Part shown: positions 28,744-39,395 of the stretch, in pieces | How positions within the stretch are numbered: the first letter of the stretch is position 1 | Layout of the letters: each line of letters begins with the position of its first letter | Origin: Candidatus Thorarchaeota archaeon | GTDB taxonomy: Archaea > Asgardarchaeota > Thorarchaeia > Thorarchaeales > Thorarchaeaceae | Reading direction: 5' to 3' | DNA: 64,000 bases | Assembly (NCBI GenBank): GCA_963726195.1 | Contig: CAVSBO010000004.1 | Coordinates: 160,001 to 224,000 of the forward strand | Translations under genes and position numbers: made by a program | Notes under the pieces: model-generated | Seen by the model: the letters and a program-made list of their open reading frames with translations, nothing else | Told to the model about the DNA's origin: nothing | The model's database searches: none

Positions 28744-30498
28744 ATGGCTGCTGTTGTTGCAGGCGGACCGGTCTCAAGAGGAGAGTCACTCCAGGATGCT
28801 GCATATCGAGCATGGGCCCAAGCTCTTGCCGACTTCTACCATCCCCCTCTGCCAGAGCCCAAGATTGAACATGATGATGCGGCTAGCAGCTTCTTCTACG
28901 TTGATTCCGAACACTGGGTTGTGCACCTGAACACAGCAGGTGTACCGATAAACTTCGACATGAATGAAGCTGAACCTTTTCTCAGATCTGTGTGTCACCA
29001 TGAAATCCAGCACTATTTGGTTTGCCCATTCGATGGTATCACGAACGGCCTGATGTTCAGAGCAGCGAGAGAGCATGTGAACGAGCTAACAGCGATGTTT
29101 GTCTGCAACCTCTTCTCAGACTTGGTCGTGGACTCGGGATTGCTCAAGAGGTACCCAACTCTAAGTCATGACAGGATTGAGGCATCAATTCATGATTCGT
29201 CTATGAGAACTACTGAACACAGCGAGCTCTGGGCCTTGATTGTCTCCTGCTATCGCTCTATGTGGGGCTTTCCAGTTCCCTCCGTAGTCAACATTGATTC
29301 GCCAACCTATGCTGCGGCTGAGGCCATAGTCGAAGTGGCTAGGAAGTCCATAGATGATGAGGCTGCTTGGATAACTGCAGTGAGAAGGATTGCGAAGATA
29401 CTGGCCGAGTGGAATCCAGAGAAAGAGGAGGCCCTTGTCGGATGTGCTGTGCCTGACGCGGCTTCCAAGGAAGTTCCGTATCAGGGCAGGATGGTTGTGG
29501 TACCGATAGACATCGACACCATGATGGGAAACCCTGTCGAAATCAGGAATGGAGACCGCGCGAAAAGATGCACTAGAGGCGAGTCTGTGCTTGAAGACGA
29601 AGGCGAACTGGAGAGGTTGGCTGTCGAAGTGGACAAGCGGGGAGGAGACCTCAGAGAACTCAGGGATGTTTATCTCGTCGCTGGATTCGGGTCGGACCCT
29701 GCCGTGTGGATACGCTTCTGGTACAGAGCCAAGGCAAAGGGTCTGCTTCGAACTGATGTTCGGCGCCGGTCCGTTGCTGGGATGACTCCTCTTTCGCCAG
29801 AGGTCTGGCGACTTGGTGATCCTATTGAAGAACTGGACATCGTGCAATCATTGCAGGCCTTTCCAGTGATTGTCCCGAACATGTCAACAAGGCGCTGGAC
29901 TACGACCATTCAACGAGGGCAAGAGATGTCCCACTCGATGCCTGACCTGCTCCTCGTAATTGACTCCAGTGGATCGATGACATACTCCATGAGGAAGAAG
30001 GGGATTAGTGGACCGTATCACGTTGCACTGGTTTCTGCCTTTGCCGCATTGGACCTTGCGTTGAGGAACAACAGACGTGTCTCAGTCATAAACTTCTCAG
30101 ACGGCATCCGCACCTGTGAATGGTCGACAGAGCGGAGCACTCCTGAAAACATCCTGCTCCAGTATCAGGGTGGCGGCACAGTTGCTCCCGTTCAGGCTAT
30201 CAAGAAACTGTGCGCACAATCAGAAAGCACAGTCATGGTGCTTCTAATCTCTGACGCTGAAATCCACAACTGGGAGGACCTCCTTGACTCTGTTGGGCAG
30301 CTCACAAGACGGGGTCACAAGTTCTTCATCTTCCGGATTGGTCGAACGAGCATCGAAGATGCCCTCGACAAGAGTCTGTCCGAAGCTGGTGCCACTGTCA
30401 TCCCCGTGGACTCCGTGCAATCTCTCCCAGGCTTGGTGATTAGAGAGGCGAGCCACGTATACGACAAGGAAGGTTCCGATTCTCAGACACGGATGTGA
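28744..30498 (+). CDS. vWA-domain protein with N-terminal HExxH metallopeptidase-like domain
   Basis: HHEIQH; MIDAS DSSGSM, GGGT, ISDAE; abuts the MoxR stop codon. Confidence 0.85.
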   Translation: MAAVVAGGPVSRGESLQDAAYRAWAQALADFYHPPLPEPKIEHDDAASSFFYVDSEHWVVHLNTAGVPINFDMNEAEPFLRSVCHHEIQHYLVCPFDGITNGLMFRAAREHVNELTAMFVCNLFSDLVVDSGLLKRYPTLSHDRIEASIHDSSMRTTEHSELWALIVSCYRSMWGFPVPSVVNIDSPTYAAAEAIVEVARKSIDDEAAWITAVRRIAKILAEWNPEKEEALVGCAVPDAASKEVPYQGRMVVVPIDIDTMMGNPVEIRNGDRAKRCTRGESVLEDEGELERLAVEVDKRGGDLRELRDVYLVAGFGSDPAVWIRFWYRAKAKGLLRTDVRRRSVAGMTPLSPEVWRLGDPIEELDIVQSLQAFPVIVPNMSTRRWTTTIQRGQEMSHSMPDLLLVIDSSGSMTYSMRKKGISGPYHVALVSAFAALDLALRNNRRVSVINFSDGIRTCEWSTERSTPENILLQYQGGGTVAPVQAIKKLCAQSESTVMVLLISDAEIHNWEDLLDSVGQLTRRGHKFFIFRIGRTSIEDALDKSLSEAGATVIPVDSVQSLPGLVIREASHVYDKEGSDSQTRM

Positions 30499-30602
30499 AT
30501 TCCTGACTAACATGGGGACCCAAACGCTTATCTCATGGGCAGGTTGCGCCGCCTTGCGGCCCTGAAGCGCGAGCTTTTGCGTCTGTCGCGAGGATGCGTC
30601 AC

Positions 30603-31445
30603 ATGTACGAAGTGAAGTCCAAACGTGTTCTTAACCCAACAACGAAGATGCTTGTGGTCACAGCACCGGACATTACGAAGGTCTGTAAGCCAGGTCAATT
30701 CGTTGTCGTTCGAGTCAACGAGACGGGAGAAAGAATCCCTCTCACCATAGCCGACTTCGACAGGTCGAAAGGACTGATTACGCTCGTTTTCCAAGAAGTG
30801 GGGAAGTCGACAAAGCTGCTTGGAAGTCTTGCAGTAGGAGCTAGCATCCTTGACGTGGTTGGTCCCCTAGGCAAGCCAACAGATGCAGAACGCAAGTATG
30901 GCACCGTTGTCGTGATAGGAGGCGGCTGTGGGACTGCTATCTGCTATCCCGTTGCTAAAGCCTTCAAGGCAGCTGGGAACTACCTGATTACAATCAATGG
31001 AGCTCGGAGTGCTGACCTCCTAATCTTCCGCAAGGAAATGGAAGCCCTTAGTGACGAGATGTTTGAAACAACTGACGACGGGACTTGCGGCATTCATGGC
31101 TTCGTGACAACAGTCCTAAGTGATCTCATTCAGAAGGGCCGAAAGATAGACCTCGTGTTTGCAGTCGGACCAGTGCCGATGATGAAGTTTGTCAGCAAAA
31201 CCACAGAAGCCCCCAAGATACCTACCGTTGTCAGCCTGAATAGCCTCATGGTTGATGCGACCGGAATGTGTGGAGCATGCCGCGTTACTGTAGGGGGCCA
31301 GATGAGGTTCACTTGCGTTGACGGACCGGACTTCGACGGTCATCAGGTTGATTACAATGAGCTCATGGGTCGGCTGAACGCGTACAAGGAGCAGGAGACA
31401 ATTGCGGATACAAAGTGGAATGTGGCTCATGGAGGGAAGAAATGA
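30603..31445 (+). CDS. nfnA: NfnA/SudB FAD/[2Fe-2S] subunit of electron-bifurcating transhydrogenase
   Basis: GERIPLTIAD, GPLG, MVDATGMCGACRV, CVDGPDFDGH. Confidence 0.9.
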   Translation: MYEVKSKRVLNPTTKMLVVTAPDITKVCKPGQFVVVRVNETGERIPLTIADFDRSKGLITLVFQEVGKSTKLLGSLAVGASILDVVGPLGKPTDAERKYGTVVVIGGGCGTAICYPVAKAFKAAGNYLITINGARSADLLIFRKEMEALSDEMFETTDDGTCGIHGFVTTVLSDLIQKGRKIDLVFAVGPVPMMKFVSKTTEAPKIPTVVSLNSLMVDATGMCGACRVTVGGQMRFTCVDGPDFDGHQVDYNELMGRLNAYKEQETIADTKWNVAHGGKK

Positions 31446-32857
31446 TGGCAGAAGCAAAGCAGAGAAAGCCACCGACCAAGAAAGTTCCGATGCGGGAGCA
31501 GGACCCAGCGAAGAGACGACACAACTTCGATGAGGTCGCTCTTGGATACTCCGAGAAGGAAGCCCTGGCTGAGGCCGCAAAGTGCCTCCAGTGTAGAGTC
31601 CCCAAATGCATCTCAGGATGCCCGGTAGAGGTGCCGATCAAGGAATTCATTGCACTTGTTCGTGAGAAGGACTACATGGGTGCTGCGGCCAAAATCAAGG
31701 AAACCAACAGTCTCCCTGCTGTGTGCGGTCGTGTATGCCCTCAAGAAACGCAATGCGAACAACCCTGCACCTATGGGGTGAGAAACGAGCCAATCGCAAT
31801 CGGCAGATTGGAGAGGTTTGTCGCCGATTACGCTCGCGAGCGCGGTGAGCCCCTTCCTGAAATCCCACCAAAGAATCGCAATAAGGTCGCGATAGTGGGC
31901 TCAGGTCCAGCTGGTTTGACATGTGCCGGCGACCTGATCAAGCTCGGCTACGCGGTGACCATATTCGAAGCGTTCCACAAACCGGGCGGCGTCCTGATAT
32001 ACGGAATTCCTGAGTTCAGGCTGCCGAAGAAAATTGTCGAGGCTGAGGTCGAGTTCCTCAAGAAGATTGGAGTGGAAGTAAAGTTCGATTATGTCATTGG
32101 CAAGATAAAGACGATTCGTGATTTCTTAGAGAAAGACGGTTACGATGCGGTGTTCATTGGAACGGGAGCAGGAGCCCCAGTGTTCATGAAGATACCCGGA
32201 GAGAGTCTGATTACAGTCTTCTCCGCCAATGAGTTTCTGACCAGAGTCAACCTGATGAAGGCATACAAGTTTCCTGAATATGATACTCCTGTCCGCATTG
32301 GCAAACGAGTTGCAGTGATAGGCGGCGGAAACGTGGCTATGGACGCGGCTCGAACATCACTTAGACTCGGAGCCAACGAGGTGCACATTGTCTACAGGAG
32401 GTCTCGCGACGAGATGCCCGCAAGACACGAAGAAGCCGTTCATGCAGAAGAAGAAGGTGTTCAGTTCGATTTTCTTGTTAATCCGGTGGAGATTTTGGGC
32501 GACGATAAGGGCAATGTTGTCGGAATGGCATGTGTGAAGATGGAACTGGGCGAGCCCGACGAGTCTGGGCGAAGAAGGCCCGTTGTGATTCCGAATTCGA
32601 AGTACGTCATGGATGTGGATATGGTGATTGTCGCAATTGGGACAGCCTCTAACCCTATTGTGCCTACTTCAACGCCCGGTCTCGATTTGACCCAGTTTGG
32701 CTACATCACAATAGATGAGAAGACGGGCATGACCTCGATCCCCGGTGTCTTCGCTGGCGGCGACATAGTCACGGGTTCTGCAACCGTCATCAGCGCAATG
32801 GGTGCCGGGAAGCGGGCAGCCAGGGGTATCCACGAGTATCTCACTAACAAGTCATGA
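31442..32857 (+). CDS. nfnB: NfnB/SudA (GltD-like) subunit
   Basis: CLQC..CISGCP, CGRVCPQETQCE, GSGPAG, GGGNVAMD, FAGGDIVTG. Confidence 0.9.
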   Translation: MMAEAKQRKPPTKKVPMREQDPAKRRHNFDEVALGYSEKEALAEAAKCLQCRVPKCISGCPVEVPIKEFIALVREKDYMGAAAKIKETNSLPAVCGRVCPQETQCEQPCTYGVRNEPIAIGRLERFVADYARERGEPLPEIPPKNRNKVAIVGSGPAGLTCAGDLIKLGYAVTIFEAFHKPGGVLIYGIPEFRLPKKIVEAEVEFLKKIGVEVKFDYVIGKIKTIRDFLEKDGYDAVFIGTGAGAPVFMKIPGESLITVFSANEFLTRVNLMKAYKFPEYDTPVRIGKRVAVIGGGNVAMDAARTSLRLGANEVHIVYRRSRDEMPARHEEAVHAEEEGVQFDFLVNPVEILGDDKGNVVGMACVKMELGEPDESGRRRPVVIPNSKYVMDVDMVIVAIGTASNPIVPTSTPGLDLTQFGYITIDEKTGMTSIPGVFAGGDIVTGSATVISAMGAGKRAARGIHEYLTNKS

Positions 32858-33040
32858 CAGTTCTCGATGACATAGAGCGTTCCTTGGAGATGCAATGAAG
32901 CATTCTAGTACGACGCACCCATGTCGCCCGGCGGTCGGCTGCTCGGCGTTGGCTTTCGACACGCTTACCCGAGACCCTAAACCCAAAGAATTCATTACCA
33001 AGTCCTGAAACCTACGTCTAGGCCGAGCTGGTGTTACCGA

Positions 33041-34564
33041 ATGCAGCAGGAATCAATCAGCACAAATGACATGCGCATTCTTGAGCTCAATGCCGAGTAT
33101 CTTGGCATCACACTGGGAATGCTGATGGAGAACGCAGGCCGCGAAGTGGTCCGGCTTGTGGAGTCTATTGAGCCGCTTGAGGGCAAGAGGGTTGCAGTGC
33201 TGTGCGGTGTTGGTGGCAACGGAGGTGACGGGATGGTCGCTGCAAGATATCTGTATGCCGCCGGCGCAAGTGTCGATGTTCTCTTGGTTGGGGACGAGGA
33301 AAGCATCTCGAATCCACATACGTCCGTTAACTGGAAGATTCTGAAAAACATCAGGGGAATCAACAAATCAATCCTGAAATCGGAGTCCGATGTGAAATCC
33401 TGCAAAGCGATTTCCCGGGCGGAGTTGCTTGTTGATGCCATGCTCGGCATTGGTCAGATGAACCCAGTTCGTGAACCCATGTTGACTGCAGTGAAGGCCT
33501 TCAACAGCTCGAAGGCAACGAAATTCTCGATAGACATTCCGACAGGAATGGACTCTGACACAGGTCAGATATATGGCGATGCAGTGAGGGCTGCTCACAC
33601 TATCACGCTGCATGCTCCCAAACCCGGGCTCTACAAGTCCTCGGAGTATGTGGGAAAGCTTCACGTCGTTGATATTGGCATTCCGAAGGATGCAGGATTG
33701 ACTTGTGGCAACGGCGACCTCTGGCTCTATACGCGACCTAGGAAGCCCACTGCACATAAGGGAGACTTTGGCAGAATCCTGGTGATTGGTGGCAGTGACG
33801 TTTTCTCGGGAGCTCCTGCCTTGACAGCAATGGCCGCACTGAGAACAGGGGCAGATTTCGTTTCTCTGCTTGTTCCTGACCCGGTTGTTGCACCCATCAG
33901 GAGTTACAGTCCCAATCTCATGGTTCATGGTCTGAACAGCAACATCCTAGTTCCTGAGTCGCTGGATTTTGTAAGAGAAGTTGCTCAGCACTGTGATGTA
34001 GTTGCAATAGGACCGGGGCTCGGCCAAGCCGTGCAGACCATGGAAGCATCGCGCTCGATTGTTGAAGCTCTCGCATCTGATGGCAAAATGCTGGTCATCG
34101 ACGCCGATGCTTTGAAGGCTCTTTCATCGTCAGGAATTACACTGAACCCAGACTCATCTATTTTGACACCCCATTGGGGAGAGCTCACGATACTTCTAGC
34201 CAAAGATCTTGGTGACCCAGATGTCCTGGAAAACAGAATCGACAAGGCAGTCGAGGCATCATCGATGTTCAACACAATAGTCCTTCTGAAGGGTCATGTT
34301 GACGTCGTAGCTCATCCTGATGGTCGATACAAGCTGAACTACACGGGAACGCCGGCAATGACTGTCGGAGGCACTGGTGACGTACTCACAGGAATATCCG
34401 CCACCATGCTGTCAAGGGGGTACGGAGCATTCAAAGCTGCATGTGCTGCGGCCTTCGTTTCAGGACTGACGGGAGAAAGGGCATTCCAAGAGCTGGGAGA
34501 TCACATCACGGCGACTGACTGCGTAGCCAAGATTGCTGAAGTGATGGGGCCCATTTCTAAGTGA
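33041..34564 (+). CDS. nnr: Bifunctional NAD(P)H-hydrate epimerase/dehydratase
   Basis: LMENAG, GGNGGDG, DIPTG, HKGDFG, GPGLG, TPHWGE, GGTGDVL. Confidence 0.93.
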   Translation: MQQESISTNDMRILELNAEYLGITLGMLMENAGREVVRLVESIEPLEGKRVAVLCGVGGNGGDGMVAARYLYAAGASVDVLLVGDEESISNPHTSVNWKILKNIRGINKSILKSESDVKSCKAISRAELLVDAMLGIGQMNPVREPMLTAVKAFNSSKATKFSIDIPTGMDSDTGQIYGDAVRAAHTITLHAPKPGLYKSSEYVGKLHVVDIGIPKDAGLTCGNGDLWLYTRPRKPTAHKGDFGRILVIGGSDVFSGAPALTAMAALRTGADFVSLLVPDPVVAPIRSYSPNLMVHGLNSNILVPESLDFVREVAQHCDVVAIGPGLGQAVQTMEASRSIVEALASDGKMLVIDADALKALSSSGITLNPDSSILTPHWGELTILLAKDLGDPDVLENRIDKAVEASSMFNTIVLLKGHVDVVAHPDGRYKLNYTGTPAMTVGGTGDVLTGISATMLSRGYGAFKAACAAAFVSGLTGERAFQELGDHITATDCVAKIAEVMGPISK

Positions 34565-35546
34565 TGACGGGCATATCATCCATGTACGATTTGGCACGAG
34601 CCTTGTTGTCGTCATCAACCGGTGACCACACAATTCCCACGTCAGGTTGACCATAGAGCAGAACCGAGCCGATAGGTGCCAAGAGCATTGCCGGGAAACC
34701 CAAAAGATCCTCTTCGCCCTCCACCATTATCAGTGATTTCACGCTATCGTGAATAGCCGTGTCCATAACGGACCATGCCTCAGGGAATATCACCGCAGCA
34801 GGATTGTAGATCAAGTATTCCTTTTCGCCAGTAAATGAGCCTTCGAACTGGCCCCTCTTGGTTGTTCCGTCCACCACGCACACGTCTGGCGTGTAGTTCT
34901 GAGAAATGATGGATGCAGTTGTTACATCTCCCACCGAAATTACCTTGACAGGGTTTTCCTTTCTGATTCTCTGCACAATTTCCTTCTCAGGACAGACTTG
35001 ACTTGAGTCGTACACCTGCCCCTTGGGTATCTTCAGGCCGGGCCTAGTCGAAAACTCTAGACGCCTTGGGGCTTCTCTTGTGCCTTTGAGACGATGACCT
35101 TCCCTGTCGATTTCACCACGCCTTATTCTTGCAGAGGTTATCTTGCCTCCATCTTCAGCAAGAACTGGTTTGACATACTCCATTCTGTCTTTGAGCTCAA
35201 GCTGCTGCTTCCTCAGGCTCAAAGCCCTCGACTGGGTTTCTTGGCAGCATGGCCCTTCAAACATCATGAATACTGTGGAACCTTGTATTTTCAGCAGTTC
35301 TGCGTAGCTGCTGACGATATGTACTTGGATCGTGCGGCTCAGTTTCTTGTCCGCTAGGTACGCCACAAGCTTCTTCACTCTGGTCGTGACGGGCTGAATT
35401 ATAGACGCCAGCTCCAAGTCACCTGCTACCAGCTCTCCGTCAGTTACGGCTGCCACCGGCTTCGCCATTTGACGGAGCCCCTCAATCAGAGCCTCATGGC
35501 CCGAATGGAACCGGTCAAACAGATTCAGAGCCCATGTGCCAGCCAT
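34557..35546 (-). CDS. Fusion of archaeal-type phosphopantetheine adenylyltransferase and GTP-dependent dephospho-CoA kinase (DUF359)
   Basis: FDRFHSGH..KITSARIRRGEIDREG then VGDVTT, VDGTTKR, GEEDL, YGQP. Confidence 0.85.
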   Translation of the reverse strand: MAGTWALNLFDRFHSGHEALIEGLRQMAKPVAAVTDGELVAGDLELASIIQPVTTRVKKLVAYLADKKLSRTIQVHIVSSYAELLKIQGSTVFMMFEGPCCQETQSRALSLRKQQLELKDRMEYVKPVLAEDGGKITSARIRRGEIDREGHRLKGTREAPRRLEFSTRPGLKIPKGQVYDSSQVCPEKEIVQRIRKENPVKVISVGDVTTASIISQNYTPDVCVVDGTTKRGQFEGSFTGEKEYLIYNPAAVIFPEAWSVMDTAIHDSVKSLIMVEGEEDLLGFPAMLLAPIGSVLLYGQPDVGIVWSPVDDDNKARAKSYMDDMPVIT

Positions 35547-35606
35547 AGCAAAAACCACGCCGTAGGGTCAAGGCTTCTACACTCAGAAGACTCTTTAGAC
35601 TCTTTG

Positions 35607-35620
35607 CTCTATATATAGAG
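35607..35620. promoter_or_regulatory. Palindromic TATA element between divergent genes
   Basis: CTCTATATATAGAG perfect palindrome in the intergenic gap. Confidence 0.5.
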
Positions 35621-35649
35621 GCGTACCTGAATCGGGAAGTGACACGCCC

Positions 35650-36366
35650 ATGAGAGTGCTTGCGGTAGGCGACGTTCATAGTCCACGCTTCTTGGAGCCG
35701 TTCCTAGGGGGGCTAGACCACATAGCGCCTCCTGATCTCTTTCTCTTGGCCGGGGACATGATTAACAGGGGAAGGCCGTACGAGTTCCGGACTCTGCTCG
35801 ACGCCGTTCACGCAAGGCTGGGATGCGATTTCCCGGTCGTGGCCTGTTACGGTAATGAAGAATACACCGAAGTCAGAAAGGAGTTATCCTCTCTTGTCCA
35901 TGGTGAGGTCATTTTCCTGGACGAGGCATCTACCGAGGTTCAAGTTGGTGAACTGAAGGTAGGGATAGTCGGAACTCAAGGGTCGCTTGACAAGCCCACT
36001 AATTGGCAGAGAGAGCATTTGCCAAGCATAAAGGGGTCTTTTGAAAGGAGGGCCCGCCGGGCAAAGTCACTCCTGAAGAGAATGAGGCACAGGGTTGACA
36101 AGCGAGTGTTGCTTATGCACTATAGCCCCTGCCTAGAGACATGTGAGGGTGAAGACTCACGGTTGTTTGCTTGGATGGGTAGCAAGAAGTTCTACAATCT
36201 CATTCTCTCAGAACAACCTGATCTTGTCATACATGGTCATGTGCACAATGCGACCATGCACCAAGCTCGTATAGGTGACACAGTTGTCATGAATGTCGCT
36301 CTGCCTGCGGTGGGCAAAGTGACTGAACTGAATCTTTGGAGGCCCAATCTCAACTACCTGTACTAG
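35650..36366 (+). CDS. Calcineurin-like metallophosphoesterase
   Basis: GDVH, AGD, GNEE, MHY, HGHVH. Confidence 0.9.
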   Translation: MRVLAVGDVHSPRFLEPFLGGLDHIAPPDLFLLAGDMINRGRPYEFRTLLDAVHARLGCDFPVVACYGNEEYTEVRKELSSLVHGEVIFLDEASTEVQVGELKVGIVGTQGSLDKPTNWQREHLPSIKGSFERRARRAKSLLKRMRHRVDKRVLLMHYSPCLETCEGEDSRLFAWMGSKKFYNLILSEQPDLVIHGHVHNATMHQARIGDTVVMNVALPAVGKVTELNLWRPNLNYLY

Positions 36367-36423
36367 TCTTGTTGCATTCTTCGGCGTTTGCGGGCGGTGC
36401 AACTCTGAGAGGGCTTGAGATTC

Positions 36424-36853
36424 TTACCTGTCAGGGTGTCCTGTAACCTTCATCGTAGGTTCGAACTTGAATCCGTATAGAATCAATCCTGCGTGACCGA
36501 ACTCAGTAATCTTTCTGAAGCAAGACTCTGACTCTCATATCTATGTACACATCTTCAATATTGCAGTTGACAATTTGAGTCGTGAGCTTGGGGCCTTCGT
36601 CAAGCTGGACTTGAGCGACAATGTAAGGCGCTTGCGTCTTGAAGTCATCAGGCGCTTGCCGGACTATTGCGAAGGTGTGAACTATGCCAAGTCCTTTGAA
36701 TTTGTGGTCCTCTAGGTGTCCCTTCCTCCTGCACTTAGGACAGACCGGGCGAGGAGGGAAGTAGTAGGAATCACATGTTGTGCAGTGGTTTCCGATTATG
36801 TTATACATAGCCGGGATTTTCCGCCAGATTTGGGCTACGCCATGCTCGGCCAT
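36424..36853 (-). CDS. DUF35 Zn-ribbon/OB-fold scaffold of the thiolase-HMGCS complex; 1-nt insertion near 36528
   Basis: CTTC..YFPPRPVCPKC; the shifted frame gives CFRKITEFGHAGLILYGFKF. Confidence 0.9.
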
Positions 36854-36859
36854 CTCGCA

Positions 36860-38032
36860 TCACCTTCCAAGAATATGTACTATCGAAGTTGCGCCAGTCC
36901 CTCCGATATTCACAGCCATTGCTTTCTCTGCACCACTCACTTGGCGCTTTTCGGCGTCTCCCCTGAGTTGGAACACGAGCTCGACAATCTGAGCAACCCC
37001 AGTTGCTCCGATAGGGTGTCCCCTGGCCTTGAGACCACCGGACGGATTAACAGGATACTTCGCGCCAATCTCTGTCAAACCTTCATCCAGCAGCTTGCCA
37101 CCCTTTCCCTTCTCGGTGATTCCGACGTCTTCGGTCAGCATTATCTCTCCTATGGTGAAAGAATCGTGCAGCTCAAACACATCAATGTCATTGATAGTCA
37201 ATCCCGCCTTCTTCAGAGCTTCCCTACTTGACGAGACTGCAGCGTCCATGGTGCATATGTCTCGTCTGTCGTGCAAAGCCAGGGTATCGCTTGATTGAGT
37301 TGAAGCCTCAATGTAGATGGGCGTGTCTGTATAACGCTTGGCCATCTCTTCGCTGCACATGATGAGACCTGCTGCACCATCACTGATCGGAGAAGAGTGA
37401 AGGACTCTGATAGGGTCCGCGATTAATCCTGATTTCATGACGACATCGAGAGGCACAGCCTTCTGGAACTGAGCCGAAGGATTGTGTTCGGCGTTCTTGT
37501 GATTCTTGACAGCAACTTGTGCGAGATGTGTCTCTGTTGTTCCATATTCATGCATATGTCGTCGTGCCATGAATGCATAGAGCGCCGGGAATGTAGCCCC
37601 GAAAATGCCTTCCCATTCCCAATCGGCAGCCACACCCATGGTTCTCATCGCTTCGGACTGGTTTACGTCACTCATCTTTTCGCAGCCGAGGACTAGCATG
37701 AGATCATGCTCCCCGGATCTTATTGCCATGTACGCTTGGCGGACTGCGGCTCCACCGCTGGCGCATGCTGCTTCCACACTGTAGGCTGGGATGTGACCCA
37801 AGCCGCCCATGTCTGCAGCCAGAGCGCCCAAGTGTTCTTGGCCTGTGAAACGGCCGGCGCTCATGTTGCCAATGCAGATGGCTTCGATATCTTTTCCTGC
37901 CACCTGAGAATCAAATATCGCATACATACCAGCTTCGAGTGTGATGTCTCTGAGACTCTTATCCCACAGTTCGCCGAACTTGCTAATCCCAACGCCAACA
38001 ATAGCGACTCTCTTCTTCACAGCCATTTGCAT
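36860..38032 (-). CDS. Acetyl-CoA acetyltransferase (archaeal thiolase)
   Basis: EAACASGG, ELHDSF, VNPSGGLKARGHPIGATG. Confidence 0.95.
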   Translation of the reverse strand: MQMAVKKRVAIVGVGISKFGELWDKSLRDITLEAGMYAIFDSQVAGKDIEAICIGNMSAGRFTGQEHLGALAADMGGLGHIPAYSVEAACASGGAAVRQAYMAIRSGEHDLMLVLGCEKMSDVNQSEAMRTMGVAADWEWEGIFGATFPALYAFMARRHMHEYGTTETHLAQVAVKNHKNAEHNPSAQFQKAVPLDVVMKSGLIADPIRVLHSSPISDGAAGLIMCSEEMAKRYTDTPIYIEASTQSSDTLALHDRRDICTMDAAVSSSREALKKAGLTINDIDVFELHDSFTIGEIMLTEDVGITEKGKGGKLLDEGLTEIGAKYPVNPSGGLKARGHPIGATGVAQIVELVFQLRGDAEKRQVSGAEKAMAVNIGGTGATSIVHILGR

Positions 38033-38037
38033 CCAAC

Positions 38038-39087
38038 CTACATGTTTATGGTGTGTTTGTACTTGGCATAGGTAGCATAGCTTACGTACACCTTTCTCTG
38101 AATGTAATCATCAACAGTTGGGACTTCTCCGCGATGCCCTAGGATTTCATCTTCCACACGGATAGTGAAACCGTCGCTACCTGCTCCGGATCCATATGAT
38201 ATGACAAATATCCTGTCCCCGGGTTTTGAAATATCCAGCACTCTGGCAAGACCAATCATAGCTGACCCGGAGTATGTGTTCCCAATTTGGCGAACCACCA
38301 AGCTATCTTCCAGCTTCTCCGATGGAACACCAAGCTGTTTTCCCACCGCCACTGGGAACTTGCCATTGGGCATGTGAAACACGAAGTAATCAAAGTCGTC
38401 CACCGAGGTCCCTGTTGTCCGAAATAGCAGTTTTGCACACTCTTCGACATGTCGGAAGTAAGCGGGCTCACCAGTAAACCGAGCTCCATGACTGGGGAAG
38501 TCTTCGCCCTCGCGGCGCCAGAAGTCCGGGGTATCGGATGTGACCGAGACAGTCTTCTCAATCGTTGCCACAGGATTATCCTCGCCAATCAGGTATGCCG
38601 CTCCACCGGCCGCTGCTGAGTACTCCAGTGCATCGCCTGGTCTTCCCTGCGCTGTATCAGCTCCGATAGCGAGCCCTATCTTGACCATTTTGGATTGAAC
38701 TAGACCCATGGAAGTCTGTATTCCGGCTGTTCCAGCTTTGCATGCAAACTCGAAGTCAGCGCATGTGATTTCGCTCGAACACCCTATCGCCGCTGCAACA
38801 ATCGTCCCTGTGGGCTTCACAGCATAGGGGTGGCTTTCCGATCCGACGTACACAGCTCCTATGTCCTTGGCGTCAATCTTGCCGTACTTGATGGCATTCC
38901 TCGCCGCCTCCGTTGCGATGGTTGCTACATCCTCGTCCGGACCGGGCAGAGACTTCTCGATAACTCCGAGACCCTGTGCCATTGCTTCCCCGTCTTCGCC
39001 CCAGACCTCGGCAATGTCTAATGTCCGGATGCGATATCTCGGTATGTAGATGCCGTAGCCGACTATGCCAACCATATAATTGGTCAC
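38038..39087 (-). CDS. Hydroxymethylglutaryl-CoA synthase
   Basis: [35 protein letters not shown]. Confidence 0.95.
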   Translation of the reverse strand: MTNYMVGIVGYGIYIPRYRIRTLDIAEVWGEDGEAMAQGLGVIEKSLPGPDEDVATIATEAARNAIKYGKIDAKDIGAVYVGSESHPYAVKPTGTIVAAAIGCSSEITCADFEFACKAGTAGIQTSMGLVQSKMVKIGLAIGADTAQGRPGDALEYSAAAGGAAYLIGEDNPVATIEKTVSVTSDTPDFWRREGEDFPSHGARFTGEPAYFRHVEECAKLLFRTTGTSVDDFDYFVFHMPNGKFPVAVGKQLGVPSEKLEDSLVVRQIGNTYSGSAMIGLARVLDISKPGDRIFVISYGSGAGSDGFTIRVEDEILGHRGEVPTVDDYIQRKVYVSYATYAKYKHTINM

Positions 39088-39395
39088 TCCTTTCAGAGTT
39101 TGAAGAACGTCGAATTTTCCTTCGTCATCTTTCTCAATTAGCCACGGGGCGGCGCGAGAGTCCTTTAAGAAGATTGTTGTAGCCCTTCCCGTGAATGAAC
39201 GGCTTTCGCCGAACGCGTACTGTCACGAATGCACTATGACGACGCACGAATGGGACGGCTCGGCTATTTATGACTAACGACGGGAGCCAAGGCCAAGATT
39301 CCGGCTGCACGCCGCTCCCCTTTCGTCCGTTCGTTTGAGTGGGCGCGTGATTGATTGGACCGTGGGCCTCGAATTAAGCATATAAGCTGTTAGAA

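Noticed and set aside
30603-32857. Glutamate synthase
   Set aside because: No large subunit; pairing with a SudB/NfnA gene indicates Nfn/Sud
36424-39087. Thiolase/HMGCS/DUF35 cluster as a novel pathway
   Set aside because: Well-known archaeal mevalonate-entry complex
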